Positions 49,311 to 61,139 of a stretch of DNA of 64,000 nucleotides are shown piece by piece. The notes beneath the pieces are model-generated. The model searched no databases, had not been told where the DNA came from, and was given only the letters and a program-made list of their open reading frames with translations. Both the position numbers and the translations under genes were made by a program. Positions within the stretch are counted from its first letter, which is position 1; the number at the start of each line of letters is the position of its first letter. The DNA comes from Bdellovibrionales bacterium (GTDB lineage: Bacteria; Bdellovibrionota; Bdellovibrionia; Bdellovibrionales; UBA1609): contig CBDCMT010000001.1 of NCBI GenBank assembly GCA_965219095.1, positions 1,792,001 to 1,856,000 on the forward strand. Direction: 5' to 3'.

Positions 49311-49878
49311 AACAGATTGGCAATAGAGCTTTAGTTTTTCTTTAGCGGTTTCTAGTTCTTTTTTACTTTGGTCAATCAAAGAAAAGAGAGTTTCAATTTT
49401 TTTAACAATGACTCTTTGTTCGGGGATAGGGGCAAGTGGAGAGGGAATCGTCTTTAATTTACTACTTGACAACTCCTTAAAAGTAACACCTGATCCCAAA
49501 GAATTTAGTAAATCCTTCTTCAATTTTAAGAAGTAATAAATATATTCTGAAAGATTATTGCCTTTAACAATTAAGTTACGAAAACCTTGGTTTGTAGTAA
49601 CCATATTTGATGCTATCACAACGTATCCAATTGGAGTTCTTGTTGAGAGCAAGACACTTCCTTTAGGTAATTCTTTGGCGGAAGACTTTTTTAAACCCTC
49701 TAAGGAAATGTTTTTATTCCCTCTTGAAATATACTTGCTTTTATAATTAGAAAGGTCTTTAGGGGTTATCCATGGTATACCTCCGCCCCAATATTTTTCA
49801 TTCATTGTTGAATGGAGTTCCGCCACCTATTATTTCGCATACATCCTCTAACTTACACTCAGTCCAATCATCTCTCAT
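49272..49878 (-). pseudogene. hsdS: Type I R-M specificity subunit half (one TRD), frameshifted and fused to the LSR3 5' region
   Basis: MRDDWTECKL..GGGTP/STMNEKYW..IPWITPKDL, TNQGF and PIPEQRVIV.KIE.LFS.ID. Confidence 0.8.
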
Positions 49879-51254
49879 TTTTTAATCACCTTCCAATGTC
49901 CGCCTTTGTCGGGGCCTACTCTTTTTAAGAGATTTTTCTTCTTTAAATAATCTAAGCTATGCTTAACAACGTCTGAGGAGACATCTAATTTTTTTGCCAG
50001 GCTTTCTCTGCTCTCATTTGGATTTTTATCTATTAATTTCAATAATTTACTTGATACTTTCTGGGCGGTTTTCTGGGCGGTTTTCTGGGCGGTTTTCTGG
50101 GCGGTTTTCTGGCTAGTTTCTAAGCCACTCCTTTCTTTTCTAAAGATTACATTGTAAAAGAGGTTGCCTTTTTCGTGTTTAATATCCATTTCTACTTTTT
50201 TCTTATGACTTTTTACGGCTTCTTTCATTTTGTTAATACCAGTTCCTGCTTGCTCTATGTAATTGGCCCTATGGAGCATAGATGCAATTAAAAGATTTCT
50301 AGGAACACTTTTCTTTCCAAAATCTTTAGGGTCGAGATCACTTGGCAAATTGCCTGGATTATAAATCTCCACTCTATCGGCAAAAACCTCTACAACTACG
50401 CGACATCTTTTTTCAAAATAATCTCTATGGCAAACAGCATTGATAATAGCTTCCCTTAAGGCTTCTTCAGGGTAATCTCGAACCTCTTCTCTTCTTGGTC
50501 TGCCATCAATGATATATTCATTGTTGGTATGTCTTAGAACAAAAGCTAAGGCTCTTTCAATATTTTGAAGAATACTGCCTTTTTGTTGTTGCCTGTCTAA
50601 AATTTTAATTTTTTCTGTTCCTTCAAATAATATGCAGTCAACAAGAGCATGATTCATAATAAAGTCTATATCTTTAGAAAAAAATAACACTCCTAAGTTT
50701 GTTAGCTTTCTATCTTCTGTTAGGCATTCGAAATTTTTTAAGAATACTTCTGGTTCAAGAGTTGGGCTAATTTTTGAAAGCGTTAGAAAATCCTTAAACG
50801 CATGAATATCAAAATCAGTTTCAAAGTTGGCCTTTTCATTAACAAGCTGTTCAAAACAAATTCGCCCCTCTTTTTTATACAAGTCCATGATTTCATCTCT
50901 TGAGAGCTTTTGAGTGTTTGGGCCAATTCTCCTGAAAAATCCACGAGAGCAAGCATAGGGCTTAACCTTGCCTTCAGGTACGTCAATAACAATTAAATTA
51001 TCTGCAACATTTATTTTAATGTCTAAAATCTGAGGTTGAAGTTGCCTTAGTGTATCTTGGATTTTTGATTTAGTTTCGTTGCTGGTATCAATACCGACTA
51101 TTTCTCCGTTATCGGCAACTCCTAAAATGATTTTTCCGCCAGAGGCATTAGCGAAAGCACAGACTTCTTCAATTAGAGATTTATCAAAACCTTGTTTGAA
51201 TTCTGTGCGATCATCTTCACCTTTAGAAATAATTTTCTCTATGTCTATTTTCAT
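49875..51254 (-). CDS. AlbA_2 (Schlafen-like) + HATPase_c_4 + HTH protein
   Basis: GEDDRTEFK, AFANASGG.IILGV, ALREAIINAVCHRDY and RVGPDKGGHW; 12-bp QKTA repeat. Confidence 0.88.
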   Translation of the reverse strand: MKIDIEKIISKGEDDRTEFKQGFDKSLIEEVCAFANASGGKIILGVADNGEIVGIDTSNETKSKIQDTLRQLQPQILDIKINVADNLIVIDVPEGKVKPYACSRGFFRRIGPNTQKLSRDEIMDLYKKEGRICFEQLVNEKANFETDFDIHAFKDFLTLSKISPTLEPEVFLKNFECLTEDRKLTNLGVLFFSKDIDFIMNHALVDCILFEGTEKIKILDRQQQKGSILQNIERALAFVLRHTNNEYIIDGRPRREEVRDYPEEALREAIINAVCHRDYFEKRCRVVVEVFADRVEIYNPGNLPSDLDPKDFGKKSVPRNLLIASMLHRANYIEQAGTGINKMKEAVKSHKKKVEMDIKHEKGNLFYNVIFRKERSGLETSQKTAQKTAQKTAQKTAQKVSSKLLKLIDKNPNESRESLAKKLDVSSDVVKHSLDYLKKKNLLKRVGPDKGGHWKVIKK

Positions 51255-51698
51255 TAAGCAACCACAGCCTCGTTTATTTCTGCAATAATAGAGTACATTT
51301 GATTTCCAAAGAGATTATGCATTTTTGCTAAACCACCTTTAGAGTCAAAGGGGGCATTATCAAAATCACTTTCCTCTATATGAAAAGAATCTTCAATATG
51401 ATCTTTTATCATTCTGAGCCACTGCATTTGCTCTTCTGTAAATTTTCTTTTATTCCCTGCATGTTTTTTAAAAATCCAATTTTTGAAGTTCCTGTTGATG
51501 GTTTCAGAGTATGGCGTAATCTTAGGATCAATTTTACATATTTTTCAAATTATAGCAACAATGGCTGTTAGTTCTTTTATAGGTGAATTGATTTGTCTTC
51601 CTTCTAATTTAGCATAGGCTTGAAAGACTTCAATGGGGGCAAGATTAGGTTTAGTATATTTTAGCTTGTCATGAATTTCTTTTATCATAGAATAGGTA
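51255..51698 (-). pseudogene. hsdR: C-terminal fragment of a type I restriction subunit (EcoEI-like R)
   Basis: Manual translation ...RNFKNWIF...FTEEQMQWLRMIKDHI..S..I...DFDNAPF..KGGL.K...LFG; internal TGA; cut by the IS1634 fragment. Confidence 0.7.
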
Positions 51699-52072
51699 CC
51701 TGAATTCTGTTAATTTTGGTACTAGGTTTTTATTCGGCCCTCGCAATGCGTCGCATTAGTCGGAGGGGATTTTACAACTTAAAGCTGTGTGGGATTTCTT
51801 GAGTCACATTAAAAGCTTTATAAAGGCTCTTTTGCTTACCGGACAACTCTCCTAATCTTGTTTGTCCTGTGGCCAATTTATAGAACTTTAATTTGTCTAA
51901 AATTTTATAGACCTCTGTTTTTGAAAATTTCTTGTACAGATTCTTTTCTTTCATCACATTGTTTATGTGAGAGATTAAAGTTAAAGCTATAAAGTTAATA
52001 AATAAACTTCCTCTCATGGTTTGTAGCGAATGAGTCCTCGCTCGCTTTTCATTTATATCATGCTTGAAAGAC
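51699..52072 (-). mobile_element. IS1634 right-end fragment
   Basis: Near-identical to 61140-61513, including the terminal IR. Confidence 0.88.
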
Positions 52073-52638
52073 TATTATCTTTATTGGCTTTTTTAATGAT
52101 CTTACTTAGCAAGAAGTGAGCATCAAAAACTTTTCCTTCAAAAAATATTTGTTGCTGGGGTTGAATGTCTTTAGTTTTAATTGCATTTAAGATGTTATCG
52201 ACCTTCTTATCTGTTTTCAATTGCTTTTGTTCTATGTTCTTCATTCTTTGAGATACTAAAGAGTTGGTGGATAAAACCTTTCTCATTTGAATAAAGGCTC
52301 TCATAATTCTTATACTTACCTGAACAGCAATTTTACTGTGTAAGATGCCTGATAGGCTAGCTACTCCTTGCTCTGTAAAAACATAAGGAAGACTGCCTCC
52401 AAGGTGCTTTTTAGATGGTATCGCATTTTGCGATACCATAAAATCCACTTCATCTGTATTAAGTTGAAACATAAAATCAGAGGGAAATCGCTCTTTAATT
52501 TCTCTTAACTTGCTCTCTAAGTCGTATAGTTTTAACCTCATATAAGATCGAAAGGTCTCTGTCTAGCATAACATCCTTTCCTCTAAGACTATAAATTTTA
52601 CCTTGTATGCTCTGGCTTTGTGGCACCAATGTTTTCAT
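52073..52638 (-). pseudogene. ORF6N-domain DNA-binding protein, frameshifted and truncated
   Basis: IYSLRGKDVMLDRDLS.LY.V...QVKRN/ERFPSDFMFQL...LPYVFTEQGVA.LS.IL.S. Confidence 0.8.
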
Positions 52639-52739
52639 AAACCTCTCCTGAGATCCTACCTTTGCTCTATAGCATTCTATAATACAAAAAACTACAAAAT
52701 AGTAGGGAATTTAATGGTTTAGGGCCACAAGTTGTTACC

Positions 52740-54037
52740 CTAGCCAAGATTGTCTTCAGTGTCGCTTGTGGCCACCCAATACTCCTTTTCTGAGGGGTAG
52801 AGCCTAATCACTGCCTTTTCCTCTCCTTGTACCATAAAAGCTTCTGAAAACTCCCTCTTTTTGCTTTGAAGGCTTGCTACAAGAGAGAGTTCCCTCTCAT
52901 TGAGCTTTAATATCTCATAGGCAGGCTTTAGGTCTCCTTTTTGTTGAAGAATAAATTTTGTGGCGGTGTTGTTTAGAATCGCAGGGCCTATGGGGTGGTT
53001 AGCGATTTCCTCTATCCCTTGAGTGATGAATGTTATGCCAGATCCAGTTTTTCTAAGAGTTCGTACACAATACTCCATAAAATTTGAACTAGCCCTTCCC
53101 TTAAGTAGTTCCCAACACTCATCCATCAAAATGCGTTTCTTTTTTAAAGTTGTTTTAGGATCATTTGCTTCTATCCTTTGTAAAATAAAATTAGTGATAA
53201 TTAAAATCATAACACTTTGAAGGTCAGAGTAACTTGATAATCCTTTAAGATCAAAAACTACAAAATCATTTTCAGTGTTAAAACTTCCTTGAGTATCTAG
53301 AAGTTTTTCGTAAGGAGTTGAACTTGTCCAAGGATAGAGCATTTTAGCAAAGTTTTGAAGTTTTTTATCATTTGAATTTTTAAGTAGATTTTTAAAGTCC
53401 GAGAGTCTTGGAGTTTTATTGAACTTATAAAGTTCATCAATTTTTTCCTCTAATAAAGCACGTTCTAATTTGGGAAGTTTCTCTCCCTCAACATCCGTTA
53501 ATAAGTTCTCCATAAGTGCCAATAAGAATTTAATCTTTCCTGAATTTGGAGTCTTTGCGTTTCCTTGTAATGCAAACGGATTAAACGAGAGTGAATTGGG
53601 ATTTTCTTCTGAGTTATTAGACGATGGGGCAACATCAACATATTGACCTCTTGTTAGTTTGCAAATTTTTCTGTAGCTTCCGCCAATATCAATAATAAAA
53701 TTCATGGAGTTTTCCTTAATCTTTTCTTTGGATTGAAAATTCTCTGATTTTCCCTATGAAAACGGAGATTTTTTGAGGCGACCTAGAATGAAAAATCCTA
53801 GTGAGTAAAATTTATTTCGAATCTAGGTGAAGTAAAATAAGATTATTTAAAAAACTCTTCCCCGATCCTCTGGAGCCTGTAACTAGAGAATTGTAGTTAG
53901 AAAGCTTAGAATGAAATGGATCATATTTAACAAGAGCTTTTTCTCTGTTTCTAAAGAGACAAATTAGTTTTTGATCAACTCCTGTGTAGCTTTGATAGAC
54001 TGGTAGAAAATCAGCAAGGTTACTTGCCTTTGTTTTT
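52740..54037 (-). pseudogene. Second VirB4-like ATPase, fragment
   Basis: ORF 52740-53705 has DIGGSY, MDECW and RKTG..ITQ; upstream 53840-54037 encodes YDPF..NYNSLVTGSRGSGKS; ~100-bp insert between them; cut by the ISL3 end at 54038. Confidence 0.8.
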
Positions 54038-54298
54038 GCCTCCTCAAAAGCATCTGTGGGTTCCCGGGAGGAACCTTAATCTTTAATGAAAAGAATACAT
54101 TCCTAAAACAATGAAAAATTTGATGTGAAAGATAAAAATAACATAAGTTGAATCGCTGGCTTATATTTATAAAAAATTCACTATTGTTATATTTTTGATG
54201 TCTAGTTTTTAGACATAACTAAAAAATCAACCTCCTTTTTTATAGAGCTATTGTAATAAATAGGCCTATTTATTACAATAGCTCTTGAGGTATAAGTA

Positions 54299-55073
54299 AT
54301 GAACATTTCAAAAAGTCGTATCTTTTTATCATATTTTGTCATCACTCTTGCTTGGTTATTTTTTCTACATGGAGAAAGTAACAACAAAAATGAGAACATT
54401 CTTATTGAAAGTGATTTAAGCCGTGAAGAGCTTTGCACAGAAAAAAACTTTGCATTTCTTTTAAACCTCTACAAAAAAACTCCTGAAGACGAGTTAAGCG
54501 AATTTTTAGAAAAATGTAAAGGAGTAAAAGCAGGGGTTTTTAAAAGAAATGATATTTTTAATGAGGAATTAGGAAAGTTTCAAGGCTTTAGACCTTTGTT
54601 TTATTTTATCTATAAGAAAGACCTTCAAAGGGCTAAGTTCCTTTTAGATTATGGTGTGGAAAACGAATTTAAAATTATACCCCCTTCTATCCTCTCAACA
54701 TCAATCAGGTATTTTACGCCACTAATTTTAGCTGTGTACTTAAATGACGCAGATATGGTCAATCTTCTCATTGATTATGACACCCCCCTTGATACAATTT
54801 CACATGAAAATGTTGGGATAACAGCTTTAACTTTAGCTACTCAGAATGAAAATCAAAACATCATTGAAATATTATTAGATCATAGTGCTGATATTGATTT
54901 GCCAGGAATTTATAATTTAATTAAAAAAACACCTCTTATGATTGCTGTTGAAAAAGGAAATTTAAATCTTGTAAAGTATTTTCTAGAAAGAAAGTGTGAA
55001 GTAAATAAAATAGAGTATTATAAAACGGCCTTAGACTATGCCTATGCTCTCCCTGAAATACATAAAAATAGAA
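54299..55073 (+). pseudogene. Secreted ankyrin-repeat protein truncated by ISL3
   Basis: TPLILAV, TALTLA, TPLMIAV and TALDYA; the tail of the ORF is IS sequence. Confidence 0.8.
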
Positions 55074-56580
55074 GGCTCCTCCCGGGAATCTGTGGGTGAA
55101 AAGTAGTAGAAATCCCCCAAAAAGGCTCATATTAATCAAAGCAAGAGTAAGACATTCTATCTTGTATTTTTGAGTTCTTTGAGGCCTTACTGGCCTCTAT
55201 CACCTCCGGTGATTGAACTCAAAAACATTCTTTTATTTGTTGTGTTACATTAAAATTTTAAAAAAGAAGCACCTACTTCCCAGATGCCTTAAAATGTTAT
55301 TCAAAAAAAAAAAAAGGAGGGAAGAGATGCTTTTGAAGACTATACTAAATGATTGTTTAAGATGGAAGTCTTTTGTATACGGAGACATTTATTTTTCAAA
55401 AGATAGAAAGTCAATTAATGTTCCTATTAAGGCTCGTAAAAATGGCCAAGCTTTTTGTAGTGTTTGTAAGAAGCCCTGTTCAGTGTATGACAGCAGTAAA
55501 TCATCACGGGACTTTGAATCCCTTCCTATTTTAAGTTACAGGGTGTTTTTTGTTTATTTTGTAAGAAGAGTTAATTGTTCTTGCTGTGGAGTAAAAGTTG
55601 AGTATTTACCTTGGGCCGATGGTAAGAAGAGTTTAACGATCTTTTACATGAAGTATTTAGCAGACTGGTGTCGTCACCTGTCTTGGAAAGAGGTTTCTTG
55701 TAAGTTTCATGTCAGTTGGAATCAGGTCTATGCTTCGGTAGAATGGGTCGTAGAATATGGTTTAAAACAAAGGGTTTTAAAGGGAATACAAGCTATAGGT
55801 GTAGATGAAATACAATGGAAAAAGAACCATCAGTATCTCACCTTAGTCTATGAAATAAGCAAAACCCGTGTACGCTTGTTGTGGATAGGAGAAAAAAGAA
55901 CAGAAAAGAGTTTTAGAAAATTCTTTGATTTACTAGGAGAGAAGTCAAAAGATATACGGTTTGTGTGTTCTGATATGTGGAAGCCTTATTTAAAAGTCAT
56001 AAAGGAGAGGGCAAGTGGAGCTTTACACATATTAGATCGGTTTCATATCGTAGCAAGACTCAATAAGGCTTTAGACGAAGTGAGAGCTTCAGAACACAAA
56101 AAAATGAAAGAAGACGGGTATGAACCCCTTTTAACAAAAGCTAGATGGCCCTTGTTAAAAAATGCAGAAAATTTAAAATCTTATGAAAAAGTAAAATTAA
56201 GGCATTTAATACAGTACAATTTAAAAAGTATCCGCTGTTATTTTTTAAAAGAAGACTTCCGACAGTTATGGACCTATGTTTCACCAACTTGGGCTGGTAA
56301 ATTTATAGACAGTTGGACGAGACGAGTCATGCTTTCAAAAATTGAACCTATGAAAAGAAAAGCAAAAACCATACAAAGACATAAGCTACTTATTCTTAAT
56401 TACTTCAAGGCTAAAAAAGCCTTCTCCTCAGGGATTGTAGAGGGTTTAAACAACAAAGTAAAACTCACTATGAGAAAATCTTACGGCTTTAGAACCTCTA
56501 AAGCTATAAAAATCGCCTTATATCATAACCTTGGAAAACTGCCAGAACCTCCGGGAACCCACAGATTCTTTCGAGGATGC
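55074..56580 (+). mobile_element. ISL3-family IS, copy 2, no target duplication
   Basis: Near-identical to 39384-40903; transposase starts at ATG 55327; flanks differ. Confidence 0.92.
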
Positions 56581-57759
56581 AAAAACATTAGGCTTTCCTT
56601 CAAGAGATCTTGTGATCATTTCATAAGCTTCGAAATCACTTGTTATATGAGAGACGATTTCTATTCCCAGATCCTTAGCTGTCCTTCCCTCTCCTTCTCC
56701 TATTTTTTTAGTTCTTAAAGGCTCTTTATGAAGCCAAAAAACAAGACTTCCTGCTTCCCATTTATCTCCCCCCAAACTTATGAGCTTTTCTTTTAAACCT
56801 AATTCATCAAGCACTCTCCAAGTTCTCTCCAGATCAGAATTTTGCACAAATAACTTTCTTACATTCATCTTCCACCAGAACTTTGCATAACCTGTTTCTA
56901 ATTTTGAAGCTGAAAATTCATTTATAATTTCTTTAATCCTTTCTAAATCTTCTTTTTTAGGCTTTAGTTCATACTGAAACATCTTAATCAGATAACGGAT
57001 GACTGAAAAGATCTCAGGATTCATACCCTCCTTGTACCTTTGAGTTTCTTTATGATTTTCTGAATCATAATAGCTTATTTCTCCTTTTAGAAGATCTTCT
57101 AAAAGGGAAGGGTTTTTAGCATCCCACTCCTTGATGCTTCTTACTACAGGATCTTTAGATTCGGTCAGCTCTATCATCATCACAGAATAAGAATCGGTAT
57201 GCTGTTTTAATACATCTCCTTCCAATAAAGGTGCCTTTGGACCTCTTGATTCTCTTAAGGGCCTTACCTCCCAAGCACTTTTATTGCTGTTTCCTTGAAA
57301 GTAAGGAAACTTTCTAGAAAGCTCTTCTTCTAGCCTTGAGGCTTCTTCCTCTGACCCCCCTTCTATGACTAAATCTATATCCTGAGTGGGAAAAAAGATC
57401 TTTGTGTAGTCGTAATCGAAATGTTCTTTTTGGAGTTTAAACCAGCCCTTGTTCTTATCTTTCTTTCGTTCTAGATCTTTTTTCACATAGTAAGCTACGC
57501 TGGAGGCTGATCCTCCTAAAAGCCAGACCCGGACTCCCATACTTTCAGCTAAGTTTTTGATGTACCGAAGTTCTGGATTTGTGAGGCGAGCTTCTTTGAT
57601 AGCTTCGGTGAGTTGATCTGAACTCACAGGAGTTTGTGAAAAAGTATACTTCGAGAATGAGAAAAAAACTGGAAAGCTTAAAGCAAACAAAAAGGTTTTA
57701 AAGTTCATAAAATTATATTTCTTAAAATCGTATTTATCCTTTGAAATTAACTGAAACAC
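56581..57759 (-). pseudogene. Truncated duplicate of the 800-aa secreted NTase protein
   Basis: Collinear with 59458-60636 until cut by ISL3. Confidence 0.85.
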
Positions 57760-58233
57760 CCAGCGTAATTATTTTTCATCATTATTATCATTTTTTATAC
57801 AGTAAGACAATTAAAAAAGTTCAACTAACTTTTTTACTATATTTTTTACAAGCTTTTTGTAAGTTTTATAGGCTGTGTGATAGATGCTTTGGACTGTGTT
57901 GAAAAAGTGGAGTCAAAAACTAAGATACAATTGTTAAGAAATATCTATGAAGGGATTTCATGCTAAAAATAAAATTTCAGCCCATAGAAAATTAAACCTT
58001 CTTTAGGTAAGTCGGCTTCTTAACAGCCCTTGACTCCTACGAGGAGGATATTTCTTAGATGTGATAGTCGCATTAGTTGTGATAATTTGTAATAGACGTC
58101 TATGAAAAAGAATGTCAAGAAAAAACACTGATCAAAAATCACATTCATGTTCATAGAATAAAGGTTTTAATTCATGTAAAATATTTCTGATATTTCAAGA
58201 CATGTCAGATCAAGCCACAACTATCACACTTTG

Positions 58234-60636
58234 TTAAAAAAGAGGCTTGCAAGAAAAGTCTTCTCCTATTTTTTTAGCAGTTTGAAGCCTTTTTCTCCAC
58301 TGAGAGTGGATTGTGGCTAACTTTTCTTCCATAGATTTAGTAAGAATATCTTTTTCTATCAAAGTTTGAATTAAATTTCCTTCTTGAAGTTTCTTCATCA
58401 CTGACCTCAATAATAAAGTCCAGATCATAGAATCTCCATGGCCTTTTTTAATCGAAATTTCCACCAATTCTATCCATTTTTTAGGGTACTTTTCAATCAT
58501 CAAGACTTTTGATAAAATATCGTTCACAATAGGATAATAAATGTTCTCGTTTCCTTTTTCAATCAAAACTTCCATAAACTTCACCCATTCTTTATGATAT
58601 TCTCGAATCACTAAGTCTTTTGACAAAACGTAATGTACAATATATTTACCGTAGCCTCTTTCAATCAAAACTTCCATAAACTTCACCCATTCTTTATGAT
58701 ATTTTTGAATTACTAAGTCTTTTGACAAAACGTAACGCAAAATATAAAAGCCGTAGCCTTTTTCAATCAAAACTTCCATAAACTTCACCCATTCTTTATG
58801 ATATTCTCGAATCACTAAGTCTTTTGATAAAACGTAACGCAAAATAGACAAGCCGTAGCCTTCTTCAATCAGAGCTTCCATAAATTTCATCCATTCTTGA
58901 TGATATTCTTGAATCACCAAGTCTTTTAATAAAATATTTTCAATAATAATAAAGATAATTTCCCTGTCTCTTATTTCGAATAAGCGCTTAATAAGAGAAA
59001 AATCCAAATACTTTAAGGGAACATCCAGTTCAAACCATTCTTGAAGGATAACTTCCCGTGAAGAATTTTTCTCTTCAATTGAATCTAAAACAATCTCTTT
59101 ATAAACATAATCTATATCCTTATCACTGACTTTACTGTTTAATAATTCACGATTTATTTTTCTTCTTAACCTTTCTAACAAACCTCTTTCTCGCTTCCAG
59201 TTTTTTTCACTTCTTTTCAAAAACTCGAAAAATCCTCTGAAACTTAGGTTAGAGCTATCAGGAATTACTCTCAATACAGCTTTGTTACGAAAAATAACTA
59301 TATCACCGTATAATGCAAAATCCGCTCCCTCTCTTGCTTCAGGGTGTACATGAAATCGAATCGTAAAACCAGTCCCGGCTCTTCCTGTTAGTCCTTTCAC
59401 TGTGTAAAAACCCTCACCATGGAAGGCATGCTCTCCGTCAGCATTTTCTCTTGAAATAAAAACATTAGGCTTTCCTTCAAGAGATCTTGTTATAATTTCA
59501 TAAGCTTCAAAGTCACTTGTTTCATGAGATACGATCTCTATTCCCAGATCCTTAGCTGTCCTTCCCTCTCCTTCTCTTATTTTTTTAGTTCTTAAAGGTT
59601 CTTTATGAAGCCAAAAAGTAAGACTTCCTTTTTCCCATTTATTTCCTCCCAGGCTTATGAGCTTTTCTTTTAAACCTAATTCATCAAGCACTCTCCAAGT
59701 TCTCTCTAGATCAGAATTTTGCATAAATAATTTTCTTACATTCATCTCCCACCAGAACTTCGCATAACCTGTTTTTAATTCTGAAGCTGAAAATTCATTT
59801 ATAATTTCTTTAATCCTTTCTAAATCTTCTTTTTTAGGCTTTAGTTCATACTGAAACATTTTAATCAAATAACGGATGACTGAAAAGATCTCAGGATTCA
59901 TACCCTCGTTGTACCTTTGAGTTTCTTTATGATTTTTTGAATCATAATAGCTTATTTCTCCTTTTAGAAGATCTTCTAAAAGGGAAGGGTTTCTGGAATC
60001 CCACTCCTTGATGCTTCTTACTACAGGATCTTTAGATTCGCTCAGTTCTATCATCATCACAGAATAAGAATCGGTATGCTGTTTTAATACATCTCCTTCC
60101 AATAAAGGTGCCTTTGGACCTCTTGATTCTCTTAAAGGCCTTACCTCCCAAGCACTTTTATTGCTATTTCCTTGAAAGTAGGGAAACTTTTTAGAGATTT
60201 CTTCTTCTAGCCTTGAGACTTTTTCCTCTGACCCCCCTTCTACGACTAAATCTATATCCTGAGTGGGAAAAAAGATCTTTGTGTAGTCGTAATCGAAATG
60301 TTCTTTTTGGGGTTTAAACCAGCCCTTGTTCTCATTTTCCTTTCGTTCTAGATCTTTTTTCACATAGTGAGCTAAACTAGAGGCTGATCCTCCTAAAAGC
60401 CAGACCCGGACTCCCATACTTTCAGCTAAGTTTTTGATGTACCGAAGTTCTGGATTTGTGAGGCGAGCTTCTTTGATAGCTTCGGTGAGTTGATCTGAAC
60501 TCACAGGAGTTTGTGAAAAAGTGAGCTGCGAGAATGAGAAAAAAACTGGAAAGCTTAAAGCAAACAAGAAGGTTTTAAAGTTCATAAAATCATATTCCTT
60601 AAAATCGTATTTATCCTTTGAAATTAACTGAAACAC
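58234..60636 (-). CDS. Secreted multidomain protein: nucleotidyltransferase-like head, ART-like domain and 34-aa helical repeats
   Basis: Signal peptide from MNFKTF (ATG 60585); VWLLGGS...DIDLV; SHET...I...HGEGFYT; 102-bp repeats at ~58520-58940. Confidence 0.7.
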   Translation of the reverse strand: MFQLISKDKYDFKEYDFMNFKTFLFALSFPVFFSFSQLTFSQTPVSSDQLTEAIKEARLTNPELRYIKNLAESMGVRVWLLGGSASSLAHYVKKDLERKENENKGWFKPQKEHFDYDYTKIFFPTQDIDLVVEGGSEEKVSRLEEEISKKFPYFQGNSNKSAWEVRPLRESRGPKAPLLEGDVLKQHTDSYSVMMIELSESKDPVVRSIKEWDSRNPSLLEDLLKGEISYYDSKNHKETQRYNEGMNPEIFSVIRYLIKMFQYELKPKKEDLERIKEIINEFSASELKTGYAKFWWEMNVRKLFMQNSDLERTWRVLDELGLKEKLISLGGNKWEKGSLTFWLHKEPLRTKKIREGEGRTAKDLGIEIVSHETSDFEAYEIITRSLEGKPNVFISRENADGEHAFHGEGFYTVKGLTGRAGTGFTIRFHVHPEAREGADFALYGDIVIFRNKAVLRVIPDSSNLSFRGFFEFLKRSEKNWKRERGLLERLRRKINRELLNSKVSDKDIDYVYKEIVLDSIEEKNSSREVILQEWFELDVPLKYLDFSLIKRLFEIRDREIIFIIIENILLKDLVIQEYHQEWMKFMEALIEEGYGLSILRYVLSKDLVIREYHKEWVKFMEVLIEKGYGFYILRYVLSKDLVIQKYHKEWVKFMEVLIERGYGKYIVHYVLSKDLVIREYHKEWVKFMEVLIEKGNENIYYPIVNDILSKVLMIEKYPKKWIELVEISIKKGHGDSMIWTLLLRSVMKKLQEGNLIQTLIEKDILTKSMEEKLATIHSQWRKRLQTAKKIGEDFSCKPLF

Positions 60637-61139
60637 CCAGCGTAATTATTTTTCATCATTATTATCATTTTTTATACAGTTAAGACAATTAAAAAAGTTC
60701 AACTAACTTTTTTACTATATTTTTTATAAAACTTTTGTAAATTTTATAGACTATGTCTAACAGTTAAGAGTTTATAAATATTTTCAGATAAGGAAAAAAT
60801 CAAGGTAAAAGTTGATGTTATCAAAAGGTAGTTTAAAATGTTCTTTCTGGAAAATAGAAGAAAAATCAAAAAGATATCTATGAGAATCTCTTATGACAAA
60901 GGGTTTTCTGTGGATTCTGAGGGGAGAAGTTATAAAAACAAGCTTTAAATTGTAATAGATGTTATATAGTGCTTCCGTTTAGGTTTTCAGTTTCCTAAGA
61001 TAGAGAAGTTATCAGTTATCAAAGTTTCTAATTTAGGTCTGTGTTTTCGTATTCCTCTAAAAAATTGACTTAAACTTCCCTTGAAATCGTCATAGTTTTC
61101 ATAATATCGATTCGCCGTGACCTCTTTTTTCATAAACTT

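Noticed and set aside
55213..55326. N-terminal extension of the 501-aa ISL3 ORF
   Set aside because: Non-coding IS leader; copy 1 starts at MLLKT.
61090..61115. ATAGTTTTCA...CG resemblance to the LSR1 target half-site
   Set aside because: It lies in IS630 coding sequence and the spacing to CG differs.
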